From the NCBI GenBank assembly GCA_000092065.1, contig CP000600.1: a stretch of 64,000 nucleotides of DNA; one strand, 5' to 3'. Shown piece after piece: positions 26,575 through 36,515 of the stretch. Made by a program: the position numbers and the translations under genes. Source of the stretch: Ostreococcus lucimarinus (taxonomy: Eukaryota). Position 1 is the first letter of the stretch, and each line of letters begins with the position of its first letter. Below the pieces are notes generated by a model, which worked only from the letters and a program-made list of their open reading frames with translations, made no database searches and was not told the origin of the DNA.

Positions 26575-28722
26575 TTACAGTTTGGCTTCCATGTTCAACG
26601 ACTTGATGGACGAAGGCGTGATCGTCGCTTCCAGAGCGGCGATGATGAAAATATGGGCGACGAGAAACGAGGCGGCTGTCGCTAAACACGCCGCGGCGGT
26701 GTCGAGAACGCTCACGGGCGTCATCCAAAATTGCATGCTGCGGTAAAACGCCGTCATGATGCTCGGTCTAGAATACGTGATCATTCGCACGCTCGACCGT
26801 TTCGTCGTCGCGACTTCGACGATCTGTTCGTCTTCGTCGACTTCGTCTGCTTCTTCTTCGACCATTTCTTCGTCTTGCTCCGTCAAAACTTCCACTTCGT
26901 CGTCGTCATCGTCGTCGTCGATTTCCTCCTCCGACGTGTTCCCACTCGTCGGACTCGGAATATACGTGCGAAGTTCGAAACGCTTGGCGGGGGTAAAGTT
27001 CACCCCTTTCTTTTTCACAGATTTCGCCGCGGCGTGTCTCAGTGCGGATGGCGGCGGATTTTTCAGCGCCGATTGCAGCGCGCTTGCCGGCGACTGTCGT
27101 CGCACCTGCACTTTCGTGGGCGGCGTGACATTCTCCGTCTCTTCGATCGCCTTCGTACCTAAAATATCCAAAAGATACATCCGCGCATCGTCGTCGCAAA
27201 TGTACAGCACGTCGTCTCTGCCACCGTCGAGGAAGAGCTGAATCGTCGCGAATTCCGTCGACGTGATGCCCCACCGCGAGCCACCGTCGAGGATGCTCTC
27301 GTGAATCTCTTTCGCGCATTCCAAATTGATTCGACCGATGCGCTCCATGCAGTCATCTGCAATCTCACACGCCTTTTCGTCGTATCTCTGACGGTCGATG
27401 TAACGATAAAACTTGGGTCGAACGAGTTTCCTAACGTGCGCCAAAACTCCGCCGGCGGCGTTCCCGCGCGCTTCGCTTACAGCCGCGACCCGCTCGATTT
27501 CGGCGTCTTCTCGTTTACTCCGCTCATTCACGACTAAATCTTTGAGATACTTCATCGCCGCGGCGTCTGTGACGTATGAATAGTCAGCGCGACCGCCTTC
27601 GATGATCATCTCAATCGTGCGAAGCTCGATATCAGTGATGCCCCAATGCGAGCCGCCATCTTCGATGCTGGCGTGGATCGCTTTCGCGCACGCCAATCCG
27701 ATCTTGCCTTGAGTTTGCGTCGCGACATCGGCAATGTGACATGCGTTCTCGTCGTACTTGACCCCGTCAATCGTCCTATACTGCGCTTGGCGCGCGAAAT
27801 TACTCAGCCTCTGCAGTGCGGCGGCGACTTTTCGCCGCTTCACCGTCGGCAAGAGTATCTCTGGCCCGAGGCTCTCTTCGTCCGCAATCAACGCGCCCAG
27901 GTGCTTTCGCGCGGCTGCATCGACTTGGAACGTATAATGCCCATCCACGCCACCCTCTACGATCATTCGAAGCGTCTGCAATCCCGCAGGTGTGATTCCA
28001 TACCTCGACCCCGTCGCCTTGACACTCAGCTCCACAGCCCGCGCGCACATTGAATCTACCTTGCCCTTCTTCTTCAAGCTCTCATCCACGATCGCGCACG
28101 CCGCTCGATCATATGACACACCATCGATTACTCTCAACTCCTTCGACGTGCTCCGCGTGGTCGCCAAGGTCACGCGCCGCATCAGACGCTCCGTCACCGT
28201 CAATCGTCTTCGCTTCGCCGCGCGTTCGCCGCGCGGCGACGTCCCGCCCCGTCTCTCTCTCTCCTCCGACGCCGCTTCTTCCCCGTCCTCCACATCGCTC
28301 CCATCCTCAAATCGCGTCGACAAATTCCGTTTCGTGCCGCTCTTTCTCGCGCTACTTCGTTCTCCACCATCCTCGCCTTCGCCGAACGCGCTCGAAATTC
28401 GCGCCGTCAACCACCGCGCGGCGTCGTCCTCCACCTTCACCACGCCTCCAGCGCCCCTTCCGCCACCGTTCGCGATCGCCGTCAGCGTCGCCGCGACATT
28501 CGGTTCGCGGTTCGTTTTCGCGAGCTCCCACAGCGCCTCCGCGCGCTCGAGCGTGAGCGGGGACTTGGTTCTTTTCGATTTTTGTCCCGAAGTCAAGATT
28601 TGTAACAGACTCTGCACGACATCGTCGTTGTATTTCGGCGTCGACGGGCGTCCGCGCGCGGGCGACGCTTTGCGCGCGGGCGAGCGAGGGGTTTTACGCG
28701 TCGTCGGCGCGCGCGCGGGCAT
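26575..28722 (-). CDS. Protein with four tandem repeats of a roughly 88-aa module that I cannot place in a named family. It has a basic N-terminus, a poly-acidic tract and a C-terminal TM helix, suggesting a tail-anchored topology.
   Basis: ATG at 28722 (MPARAPTTRKTPRSPARK). Three well-conserved repeats and one degenerate copy follow. The repeat consensus is YRxIDGVxYDExACxIADxxxxxxGxIxLxCAKxIHxSIxDGGSxWGITxxELxTIxMIxEGGRxDxxYxxDxAAxxYLxDL. Then comes EEEIDDDDDDDEVEVLTEQDEEMVEEEADEVDEDE, and finally the hydrophobic stretch VLDTAAACLATAASFLVAHIFIIAAL. Confidence 0.55.
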   Translation of the reverse strand: MPARAPTTRKTPRSPARKASPARGRPSTPKYNDDVVQSLLQILTSGQKSKRTKSPLTLERAEALWELAKTNREPNVAATLTAIANGGGRGAGGVVKVEDDAARWLTARISSAFGEGEDGGERSSARKSGTKRNLSTRFEDGSDVEDGEEAASEERERRGGTSPRGERAAKRRRLTVTERLMRRVTLATTRSTSKELRVIDGVSYDRAACAIVDESLKKKGKVDSMCARAVELSVKATGSRYGITPAGLQTLRMIVEGGVDGHYTFQVDAAARKHLGALIADEESLGPEILLPTVKRRKVAAALQRLSNFARQAQYRTIDGVKYDENACHIADVATQTQGKIGLACAKAIHASIEDGGSHWGITDIELRTIEMIIEGGRADYSYVTDAAAMKYLKDLVVNERSKREDAEIERVAAVSEARGNAAGGVLAHVRKLVRPKFYRYIDRQRYDEKACEIADDCMERIGRINLECAKEIHESILDGGSRWGITSTEFATIQLFLDGGRDDVLYICDDDARMYLLDILGTKAIEETENVTPPTKVQVRRQSPASALQSALKNPPPSALRHAAAKSVKKKGVNFTPAKRFELRTYIPSPTSGNTSEEEIDDDDDDDEVEVLTEQDEEMVEEEADEVDEDEQIVEVATTKRSSVRMITYSRPSIMTAFYRSMQFWMTPVSVLDTAAACLATAASFLVAHIFIIAALEATITPSSIKSLNMEAKL

Positions 28723-28880
28723 GACGGCGCGCGCGGCGCGGTGTGCGGGCGCGGATGTCGGTTGTCTGGCGCAAACGGACGTTTGAAAATTTCAGAAACT
28801 TGGAACGACTGATGAAATGTTTGTTGTCTCTAATTACGCGCTAAGACTACGAGGGTGACCCGGGACGACCTGGGCGGGAT

Positions 28881-30509
28881 TCAATCCGATGGACGGTGCC
28901 GAGCGCGACGGCGGTTGCTTTTGCGTCGCGCGCGCGCGTCGTCCGTCTTGCGCTCGGCGGCGACTTTTTCGGCGGAGAGCTCGTCTTCGTCCTTCCGGCG
29001 CTTGCGATCGAACGCGTGTCCGAGCGCGCCGTCGTCTAAATCGTTGGAGAGCGTGCTCGACTTATCGCGCGATCTGCACGTCGGGTTGCACATCAGTTCC
29101 CGGCAATCGTCGATGAGACGGATCGGTTTGTTCTCGAACACCCACTCGGCGAGCGCCCTGTGATGGGAGATACCGTCGATGACGATGCCATCGAAATCGG
29201 TGTGCATGTAGCACGACGGCGCGAACACGCCGGCGGTGGCGTGTGACATCGCAGGTTCGAGAACGCGACGCATCTGCGACTGCCATTCGTGCGCGAACGT
29301 GACTTGCTTGTGTCGCGTAAAGTCGCCGCCAAAATTGTCGTGCAACCGCATTACGACGGAATCTAGAAGCGCTTGCGAAAAGAATAAGGGCGTTCGCGTG
29401 TGAGGGAAGGAATAGTCCGCCACCATACATCTCCACGGTGCGTCCTGATTCACCTCGACGCACGCCTTGGGAAGGCTCTCGCTCGCGTGCCAATAGTCTA
29501 CGTACTGCTTGAACGAAGCCTCGTCCCACGGTACGTACTTGAGCGAATCATCGGCGGCGCCCTCCGTATCGTTATGAAAGTAATGAAACCCAGCAAACGG
29601 CGCACCGACGATTTTCACCGTGCTCCGCGCTATGGCGCTGAACTTTGTGCGAAGTAGTTCCGCCCACTGGTCCACTTGCGCGATCAAACCGATCCCCCCC
29701 GCGCTTCGGCCCGCCAAGACGATGACGTCCGCGTCCTCTATGTTGTACGCCCGGACGAGCTCTTGTAAAACAGCCTCGACGATGTGTGCGCCCGAGTGCC
29801 ACATCCCACTCGCATCAGCCTCGTCAGATCGCCCCATGTACACATCACCCGAGCAATACCCCACGGTGACCATGTTGGCTCGCGAAAACGGCAAATCTTC
29901 GCCGTCGTCGTCCGCCGTCACCGCCTGGATGCCTCGATCAAACACGATCTCGTCCGGCAACAGTTCACTCGATCCTCTTTCCGTCCCAGAGCGTTCGGAG
30001 CACTCTGGGGCGTTCGTGCACTCGCCACCGCCTTGCAACATCACGACCCACGTCTTAGACGTCGCGAACTCGCGCGCGCTTCCCGATCCCCCGCTCGAAT
30101 CTCCCGCGCGCGCGACGCTCCCCCGCTTCGCCGACGGATACTCGTCGTCTACGTTTCGCACGCGTATGGGCGCGAGATTGACGTAATACGCCCCAGGAGT
30201 CCCATCCAAGCACCTCGCCTTTGGATATCGCTCCATGTCCAATTCCATCTTCTCCGCCGTCAATCGCCGCACGCCGCTCAACCCCGACGTCGCCTCCCGC
30301 TCGTGATCCCTCGCCGCGTGCCTAACGCTCACGACGTCAAACAACTTATTCCCGATCGACGCGCCCGCCATCACGCACAGCGCCGTGGCCACCGTCAGCA
30401 AACCGACGCCCGCGCCGACGCTCCTCGTCGACGCCGGCTTCAGCGTCCGCGCGCGCGCGCGCTCGCGAATCGCCACCAAGTCGCGCTCCGCGCGCGCGAA
30501 CCGCGACAT
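28881..30509 (-). CDS. Pectin acetylesterase / Notum-family carboxylesterase (PAE domain), with a signal anchor.
   Basis: ATG at 30509. A hydrophobic N-terminal segment is followed by ARCLDGTPGAYYV, VVMLQGGGECTN, TVGYCSGDVYMG and VIVLAGRSAGGIGL, the hallmark PAE/Notum motifs including the GxSxG-like nucleophile elbow. Confidence 0.75.
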   Translation of the reverse strand: MSRFARAERDLVAIRERARARTLKPASTRSVGAGVGLLTVATALCVMAGASIGNKLFDVVSVRHAARDHEREATSGLSGVRRLTAEKMELDMERYPKARCLDGTPGAYYVNLAPIRVRNVDDEYPSAKRGSVARAGDSSGGSGSAREFATSKTWVVMLQGGGECTNAPECSERSGTERGSSELLPDEIVFDRGIQAVTADDDGEDLPFSRANMVTVGYCSGDVYMGRSDEADASGMWHSGAHIVEAVLQELVRAYNIEDADVIVLAGRSAGGIGLIAQVDQWAELLRTKFSAIARSTVKIVGAPFAGFHYFHNDTEGAADDSLKYVPWDEASFKQYVDYWHASESLPKACVEVNQDAPWRCMVADYSFPHTRTPLFFSQALLDSVVMRLHDNFGGDFTRHKQVTFAHEWQSQMRRVLEPAMSHATAGVFAPSCYMHTDFDGIVIDGISHHRALAEWVFENKPIRLIDDCRELMCNPTCRSRDKSSTLSNDLDDGALGHAFDRKRRKDEDELSAEKVAAERKTDDARARRKSNRRRARHRPSD

Positions 30510-30772
30510 CGCGTCGATCGTCGCGTCGCGCGCGCGCGCTCGCGCCCGTTCGCTCGCGCGCGCGCGCGTCCACGAACGATCGTCGTCGCGCAACACCAAA
30601 CTTTAGTGTTGCGCCTTCGCTCGCGCGCGGCGCCGCGCGCGCGTCGACGCGGCGCGTCGCGCGCGACGCGCGCTGACTCGCGCGGCGCTCGCGACGCTCG
30701 CGCGCGGCGTCGGTCGCGCGCGTCGAGACGACGCGTCGCGCACTGGCGTCGCCACTCGCGGTCGCGCGTCGG

Positions 30773-31990
30773 ATGCCGAGCGAATCCTTCGCGAAGCGTT
30801 CGCACCGCGTCGTCGCGTCCTGGATCAAGACCTGCGCGCTCGCGTGCTTCCTGACGATCATGTCCGTCGTCGTCGGCGTCGCGAGCGCGCTCAGGGCGCC
30901 GCGCGTGCTGGACGAGGGGCGAACGCGTCGACCGTGGCGACATCGGCGCGGGATTCGAAGACACGAATTGCGCGCGCGCGTCGAGGCGGCGCGCGTCAGG
31001 GACGAAACGAACGAACAGAAGACGCATTTGTTCGTGTGCGTGCACGGATTGGCGGGAACGCCCGACGATCTGTGCGCGATGGAGGCGAGGTTGTTGTCGC
31101 AGCGAGGGGCGGCGACGCATCGAGTGACGTGCAACGCGCCGTTGAATTCGTTCGATGGCGTCGACGCGGGGGCGCGGAGGATCGTGGAAGAGCTGCGGGA
31201 GGTGAGGAAAAAGTACCCGGGGTTGCGGAGGTTGACGCTGTACGGGAACTCGTTGGGGGGGATTTATGCGAGGTACGTCGCGGGGTTGCTTTACGCGGAA
31301 TCGAAGGATGGAACGATGCTGGACGGGTTGACGCCGTGTACGTTTTTGACGACTGCGACGCCGCATTTGGGGGTGGGGCCGTGGGGGTACTTTAAGATCG
31401 TACCCGAAGGGGCGCGGAACTTGTGGGCACGGAATCTCGGGGCGAGCGTGGAGGAGTTGACGCTTCGAGACGGGCATCGACGCGCGAGCGGGCGGCCGCT
31501 GTTGGCGGACATGGCGGATCCAGAGACGAAGGATCCGGTGGACTTTATCGCCGCTTTAGGGGCGTTCGAGCGACGGTGCGCGTACGCAAACGCTGTGAAC
31601 GACTTTTTGGTGAGCTACGAGACCGCGGCGATTAGTCCGGAATATTTAGATTCCGAAACCGAACGACGATGGCGCACGCTCGAAAAGCCACAAATCGTCG
31701 AGGAGTACGTCGTCGAGGGTTCGCCGATGCCGCCGACGACGACGTCGACGTCGAGAGGGTGGAGAAAGGATAGTCTAGCGCTGCAGCGGCGCATGGCGAG
31801 TGGATTACGAACGTTGACGTGGAAGCACGTCAACGTGGCGTTTCCCGGGCCGACGCCGCTGGCGCACAACAAGATTTGCGCGTTGCAGCGAAGCGAAGTC
31901 ATCGAAAGGCTTTTCAAGGAGGGCGAGTTCATCGTCGATCATCAAGCGAGCTACCTACTCGAACCTCTTCGACGCCAGACTTCGAGTTGA
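30773..31990 (+). CDS. DUF676-type putative serine esterase/lipase (alpha/beta hydrolase), with an N-terminal TM segment.
   Basis: THLFVCVHGLAGTPDDL...LTLYGNSLGGIYARYVAG is the DUF676 HGxxG ... GHSxGG pattern. The N-terminal hydrophobic stretch is CALACFLTIMSVVVGVA. Confidence 0.7.
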   Translation: MPSESFAKRSHRVVASWIKTCALACFLTIMSVVVGVASALRAPRVLDEGRTRRPWRHRRGIRRHELRARVEAARVRDETNEQKTHLFVCVHGLAGTPDDLCAMEARLLSQRGAATHRVTCNAPLNSFDGVDAGARRIVEELREVRKKYPGLRRLTLYGNSLGGIYARYVAGLLYAESKDGTMLDGLTPCTFLTTATPHLGVGPWGYFKIVPEGARNLWARNLGASVEELTLRDGHRRASGRPLLADMADPETKDPVDFIAALGAFERRCAYANAVNDFLVSYETAAISPEYLDSETERRWRTLEKPQIVEEYVVEGSPMPPTTTSTSRGWRKDSLALQRRMASGLRTLTWKHVNVAFPGPTPLAHNKICALQRSEVIERLFKEGEFIVDHQASYLLEPLRRQTSS

Positions 31991-32048
31991 ATGCGTTCGC
32001 CGCGTTAGATGATGTTGTAGTCGTACATTTAGGGTTACAAGGTTGCTA

Positions 32049-33143
32049 CTACATGCGCGCTCGCGCGAAAAACGGCGTCGTGGTGTCAATCTTGACGGCG
32101 TCGCCTCCCTTTCGCGCGCGGCGATATTTCTTCAAAAACTTTTCAATCTCATCGGCGACGAATTCGTCTTCGCTCGAGTGTAGTCCACGCGCCAATACGT
32201 ACGATTTGACGCCGTGATGGAGCACGAGATTGCTCTGCGGAGCGCCGTTGACGTACGCGTACGTCTCCACCGCCGCCTTGCTCAAGTCGGCGACGTCGCC
32301 CTTCAGGTAAAACATTCGTCGGTCAAAAATCGTCTTTTCCAGGTAAAACTGATCCGTGGTGAGCAGTAGCTTGGTCGTTTCAAACGCGCTCGTGGCGCTC
32401 TGATGCACCATGTTCAGCCCGACGGCCCAAAAGGGGAGCGAAAAAGACGCGAAGAGCGGATTCGCGGCGTTCCACGCGCCGTAGGTCCACGTGCCCGTGA
32501 TCGCGAACCACGGCACGCTGAACAGCAACGCCGCCGTGTTCACGCTCTGCGCCGGCACGGTTATCTCCAAAGCCGGCGTTCCGCTCGACACTTTCCGCGC
32601 CCGCACTCTCGACCCCGCCGGCGCTCTCAACTCGACGGCGCGTCCGTATTCGTCGACGTTCGGCATCCTCGGCGTCCCGCGTCGCGCACCGACCGCGCCG
32701 AACCCCCACGTCCCTCCCTTCGCGCCACTCGCGCTCACCAACGCCGCGATCGCCAAAACCGTCAAAACCGCGCTCGCTTTGACCGCGCCGTTCGCCAATC
32801 CTCGTCCGCGCTCGCGCGCGTCGCCGTCGCCGTCGCTCCGCGGCGCCGGCACCGCGCGACTCGTCCACCCGCTCGGCACGTAATCCTCCGACCGCGCGTC
32901 CAGGTAGTCGCGCACTTCCCGTCGTTTGTCCCAGTTCGTGTACACGACCCGCGAGTTCGCGCGCGTCTCGACGTTCGTCAGCGGGTCCCGCGCGCGTCCC
33001 GGCGCGCTGGACCAAAACTTTTCCAACGCCTCGCGTTCGTACGTGTTCCCGCTGCACGGCACGAACACCGGGTCGCGAAACATCGCGCGCGTGATCGGAC
33101 ACAGCAAGTGCGCGGGCTCGTCGGGGGGCTCGTCGGTCGACAT
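32049..33143 (-). CDS. U-box (E3 ubiquitin ligase-type) domain protein with TM helices.
   Basis: The N-terminal LLCPITRAMFRDPVFVPCSGNTYEREALEKFW...DPLTN is a canonical U-box. It is followed by hydrophobic segments, VLTVLAIAALV and LLFSVPWFAITGTWTYGAW. Confidence 0.7.
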   Translation of the reverse strand: MSTDEPPDEPAHLLCPITRAMFRDPVFVPCSGNTYEREALEKFWSSAPGRARDPLTNVETRANSRVVYTNWDKRREVRDYLDARSEDYVPSGWTSRAVPAPRSDGDGDARERGRGLANGAVKASAVLTVLAIAALVSASGAKGGTWGFGAVGARRGTPRMPNVDEYGRAVELRAPAGSRVRARKVSSGTPALEITVPAQSVNTAALLFSVPWFAITGTWTYGAWNAANPLFASFSLPFWAVGLNMVHQSATSAFETTKLLLTTDQFYLEKTIFDRRMFYLKGDVADLSKAAVETYAYVNGAPQSNLVLHHGVKSYVLARGLHSSEDEFVADEIEKFLKKYRRARKGGDAVKIDTTTPFFARARM

Positions 33144-33227
33144 CGCGCGCGCGGAACGGTGAGGAAAGGTGAGAATGACGCGCGCGGTTGTTACAGTCGC
33201 GCGAGCGGGACGCGAGCGAACGCGCGA

Positions 33228-33815
33228 TCACGCGTCGTACACGTCCGTCATGTCCGGCATGTCGTCGTCGGAATCGTCGACGTCGGGAAAATAATACGAC
33301 TTGTCCTCGTAGTTGGAAATCTTCTCGAGCGAACTGAGATCGAATTTGAACGCGGCGTCGGCGGCGGCTTCGTCGTCCTCGTCCATCCACGCGTCGAAGT
33401 CGGTGGCGACGAAGCGAGACTTTTCCTTCGTCAGCGATAACCTCGGCCAGTGCGCGCCGGGCGTCGTCTTACGAAATACCACTGTAAACGCGCGCGCGGT
33501 TCGTTTGATCTCCGCCTTGCGCGCGGGCGCGACCGCGCCGTACAGCTCGAGCTCGCACTCGAACGCCGCGCTCGCGTCGCTCGCCGACCCATCCTCTTCG
33601 GGTTCGCCTTCGTCCCCCAGGCGCGCGACGTACGACACGCGCACGATCGATCGCCCCGCACCGACGCTGTCCGCGTCCTCGACCTCGATCTCGATCTCCC
33701 GCGCGTCGCGCGCGTCGAATCGCAGGCTCAGGCTCGCGCGTCGCTGCGCCCAAAACGCCTTCGCCCGTCGTCGTTCCGTCGCCACCGCGCCGTCGTCGCG
33801 CGCGTCGATCGTCAT
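33228..33815 (-). CDS. p23: Hsp90 co-chaperone p23 (CS domain; PTGES3/Sba1-like).
   Basis: ATG at 33815. AKAFWAQRRASLSLRFD...IEIEVE, WPRLSLTKEKSRFVATDFDAWMDEDD and the acidic tail DVDDSDDDMPDM align with human p23 (AKWYDRRDYVFIEF...WPRLTKERAKLNWLSVDFNNWKDWEDD...MPDL). Confidence 0.72.
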   Translation of the reverse strand: MTIDARDDGAVATERRRAKAFWAQRRASLSLRFDARDAREIEIEVEDADSVGAGRSIVRVSYVARLGDEGEPEEDGSASDASAAFECELELYGAVAPARKAEIKRTARAFTVVFRKTTPGAHWPRLSLTKEKSRFVATDFDAWMDEDDEAAADAAFKFDLSSLEKISNYEDKSYYFPDVDDSDDDMPDMTDVYDA

Positions 33816-33998
33816 CGCCCTCGCGCGTCGCGTCGCGCGATTTTTTTGTCGTCCGTCGCGCGCGTCGCGCGTCGCGTCGTCGCGTCGTCGCGCGCTCGAG
33901 TGTCGCGCGTCGTCGAGAAAACGCTCGCGTCGACCTCGAGCGTTTTCTTCGCGCCGTCGCCGCACTCCGCGCCCGCGCGCGCGCGTCGCCGTCTCGCC

Positions 33999-36383
33999 AT
34001 GGATCGCGCGCGCGAGCCCGCGGGCGACGCGGGCGGTCGCGCGCCGTCGCTCGACGCGCTCGACGCGCCCGATCGCGCGCGCGACGACGCGCGCGACGGC
34101 GCGAACGACGTCGAATGGCGAACGGTCAACGGACGCAAAAATGCGAAATCGTCGCGCGAGCGTCTCGCGCGGTCGTCGTCGTCGCAGTCGCGCGCGGAGG
34201 AGATCGCGGACGCGAGCGTCGCGAGGGTGAACGCGTACGAGGCGATCGCGCCGCCGGGAACGCCGACGCGAAGCGAGAGGGAAGGGGAGGGCGAGGGAAC
34301 GGAGGGACGAGACGCGAGACGACGCGCGAAGCGACGCGCGAGACGAGGCACGCGACGGACGAGCGCGGCGCTGCGCGTGCTGGGAGGCGCGAGCACGGGA
34401 GCGAGCGAGGATGAGTACTACGGAGAGGGCGCGGACGGCGGTTGGGGAATCGGAGGGATCGCGGCGCGAGCGGCGGCGTTGGCGGCGGCGACGGCGAGGG
34501 CGAGATTCGATACCGCGCGCGAAGCGACGACGACGCCGGATTCGGACGCGGCGGGGCGAGGGAAGGAAGAGGGCGAGGTGGTTCCGTTGATGATGCGGAC
34601 GTTTCCGCCGATCGGGGGGTCGAGACCGCCGTTGCCGGGACGAGCGACGGTGAGGGCGCCGATGTCGCCGCCGAGGCCGAGACCGCCGAAGACGCCGAAG
34701 ACGCCGAAATCGCCGACGACACTCGAGCGCACGAAAAGTGGGCGTCACGGAGGGGACGGGGAGGAGAGAGAGCATCAAAACGCGCTGGATTGGTTCTTTC
34801 ATCAGATGGATCTCGCCTTTGCGGGCGTCATGCTCGCCGTGTACGCGTTTTACGACACGGTGATGAAATTCATAGGTATCAAGGTTTTGCGCGTATCTCA
34901 GAGTTCTCGGAGCGTGCGACAGACGGAGGCTCGAGTGGCCGAAGAGCGCGCGGCCGTGGAGGAGTTTGAGGAGATTTTGTCGGCGCGGCAAACCGCGACC
35001 GAGGCGTCGTCGAGGTCGCCGTCGGCGAGCGACGTTGACGGCGCAAACCGCACGAGTCGACCTCGCACGCCTCCGAGCGCGTCGACGAGCGCGACGACGT
35101 CAAAACACGCGACGATACCTTCGGTTGAGCAGCGCGTGGTGGAAGAACGCGAGGAAGGTGAACTGACGCCGTCGCACGCTTTACGGCGACGACTAAGCTC
35201 GAGTCTCGGCGGCGCGTGGGGTGGCGGTGGCAACACGCCACCTTCGTTCCGAGTTGCGCGCGTCGACGAAGACGCGACGCACGCGCACAACGAGCTCGTC
35301 TCGTGCGTGGGCTCGCGCGGCGATGAATACATAACTGGAGGGTGGGACGGCACGCTGCGGACGTGGAAGTGGGATCCGACGAAAGGGCTGTCCGGAGGCT
35401 TGCCCATGACCGGACAGCACAACGACAACGTCGAGTTCCTGAGCGTCGACGCGAGAGAAGACCACGAGCGACTAGCGATTTCGGGTGGGCGCGATTGTAC
35501 GGTGCGCATTTGGGACGTCGCGAAGCGATCGCAGCGAAGTCGTATTTACGCGTTTGAAAACATCGCGAGCGGGTGCGTCGACTGGGAGTCGCAAACAGTC
35601 GCCGTGGGCTCACGAGGAGGCGCGGTGATGTTGTGGGACGCCGAAAAGGGATCCAAAAAGTGCACGCTTCGCGGGCACGATGGTGAAGTCACATCCATGT
35701 GCACGTACGATTGGTCCGAAGGTGGCGCCACGCTTTACGTCTCCGGCGGCGCTGACGGCACGGTTCGCGTGTGGGACGCTCGTCAGCATGTCGCCGTTGC
35801 GACGATGACGGAGCATCGTCGACGCGTGTACGCTGTGTGTCCGGGTCCAAAGGGTATCATCTTCGCCGGCGATTTTTCGTCGAACGTCAAGGTTCACTCT
35901 TTATCCAACCCGGGCGCGCTACCTCGCTTGCTGCCAAACGTGCCGAGCATGGACGGCTGCGAAGCCCCGATCGCGGGGTTGCAATACGTGAAACTCGACG
36001 GCATGAACGGTGGCGGCCTGTTGCTCTCAACCGCTGCTTACTTCCCGCTCAACGAAAACGGCGAGGAATCCGACGACGACGACGCTCCGCAAGGCTGCGT
36101 CCACGTTCGCGCCGTCGACGCCACGGGCGCCGGCGTCGGCCCGGTCTCCGACCAAGACGGCGACGGTTATATGTACACCCTGAAAGGCATCGAAGGGTTG
36201 CTCACGTGCGCGTCCCTCACCGCCACATCCGACGGTCATCGCATGCGTCTCGTCGTCGGCGCCGGATCTGGCGCGCTCGGCGCGTACGCCGAGGGCGGCG
36301 CGCTCAGCGGCCAAACCGCCGACGACGCCTACGCGTCCACCATCGAACGCGCCGACGACTTGGGCGTGGAATCTTTCGACTGA
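33999..36383 (+). CDS. WD40-repeat protein with a long low-complexity, basic and proline-rich N-terminal half.
   Basis: ATG at 33999 (MDRAREPAG), 184 bp from the divergent p23 start. The C-terminal half has at least five WD repeats (GGWDGTLRTWKWD; GGRDCTVRIWDV; GGAVMLWDA; GGADGTVRVWDA). The upstream part of the 977-aa track ORF overlaps the p23 gene and is rejected. Confidence 0.65.
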   Translation: MDRAREPAGDAGGRAPSLDALDAPDRARDDARDGANDVEWRTVNGRKNAKSSRERLARSSSSQSRAEEIADASVARVNAYEAIAPPGTPTRSEREGEGEGTEGRDARRRAKRRARRGTRRTSAALRVLGGASTGASEDEYYGEGADGGWGIGGIAARAAALAAATARARFDTAREATTTPDSDAAGRGKEEGEVVPLMMRTFPPIGGSRPPLPGRATVRAPMSPPRPRPPKTPKTPKSPTTLERTKSGRHGGDGEEREHQNALDWFFHQMDLAFAGVMLAVYAFYDTVMKFIGIKVLRVSQSSRSVRQTEARVAEERAAVEEFEEILSARQTATEASSRSPSASDVDGANRTSRPRTPPSASTSATTSKHATIPSVEQRVVEEREEGELTPSHALRRRLSSSLGGAWGGGGNTPPSFRVARVDEDATHAHNELVSCVGSRGDEYITGGWDGTLRTWKWDPTKGLSGGLPMTGQHNDNVEFLSVDAREDHERLAISGGRDCTVRIWDVAKRSQRSRIYAFENIASGCVDWESQTVAVGSRGGAVMLWDAEKGSKKCTLRGHDGEVTSMCTYDWSEGGATLYVSGGADGTVRVWDARQHVAVATMTEHRRRVYAVCPGPKGIIFAGDFSSNVKVHSLSNPGALPRLLPNVPSMDGCEAPIAGLQYVKLDGMNGGGLLLSTAAYFPLNENGEESDDDDAPQGCVHVRAVDATGAGVGPVSDQDGDGYMYTLKGIEGLLTCASLTATSDGHRMRLVVGAGSGALGAYAEGGALSGQTADDAYASTIERADDLGVESFD

Positions 36384-36515
36384 ACCGCGCGAAACGACCG
36401 AAATTAAACAATCATAGACCGACTATTTTTCTTCAATACGACGCGCCCGACATTCGTTCCGCCCGAGACGCCCGCCTTCGTCGCTCCGCGTCGTCACTTC
36501 GCGTCCCGCCTCATC

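Noticed and set aside
33450-33998. The 5' extension of the WD40-gene ORF overlapping the p23 gene.
   Set aside because: Antisense or other-frame overlap with the homology-supported p23 CDS. The in-frame ATG at 33999 follows the p23 start by 184 bp.
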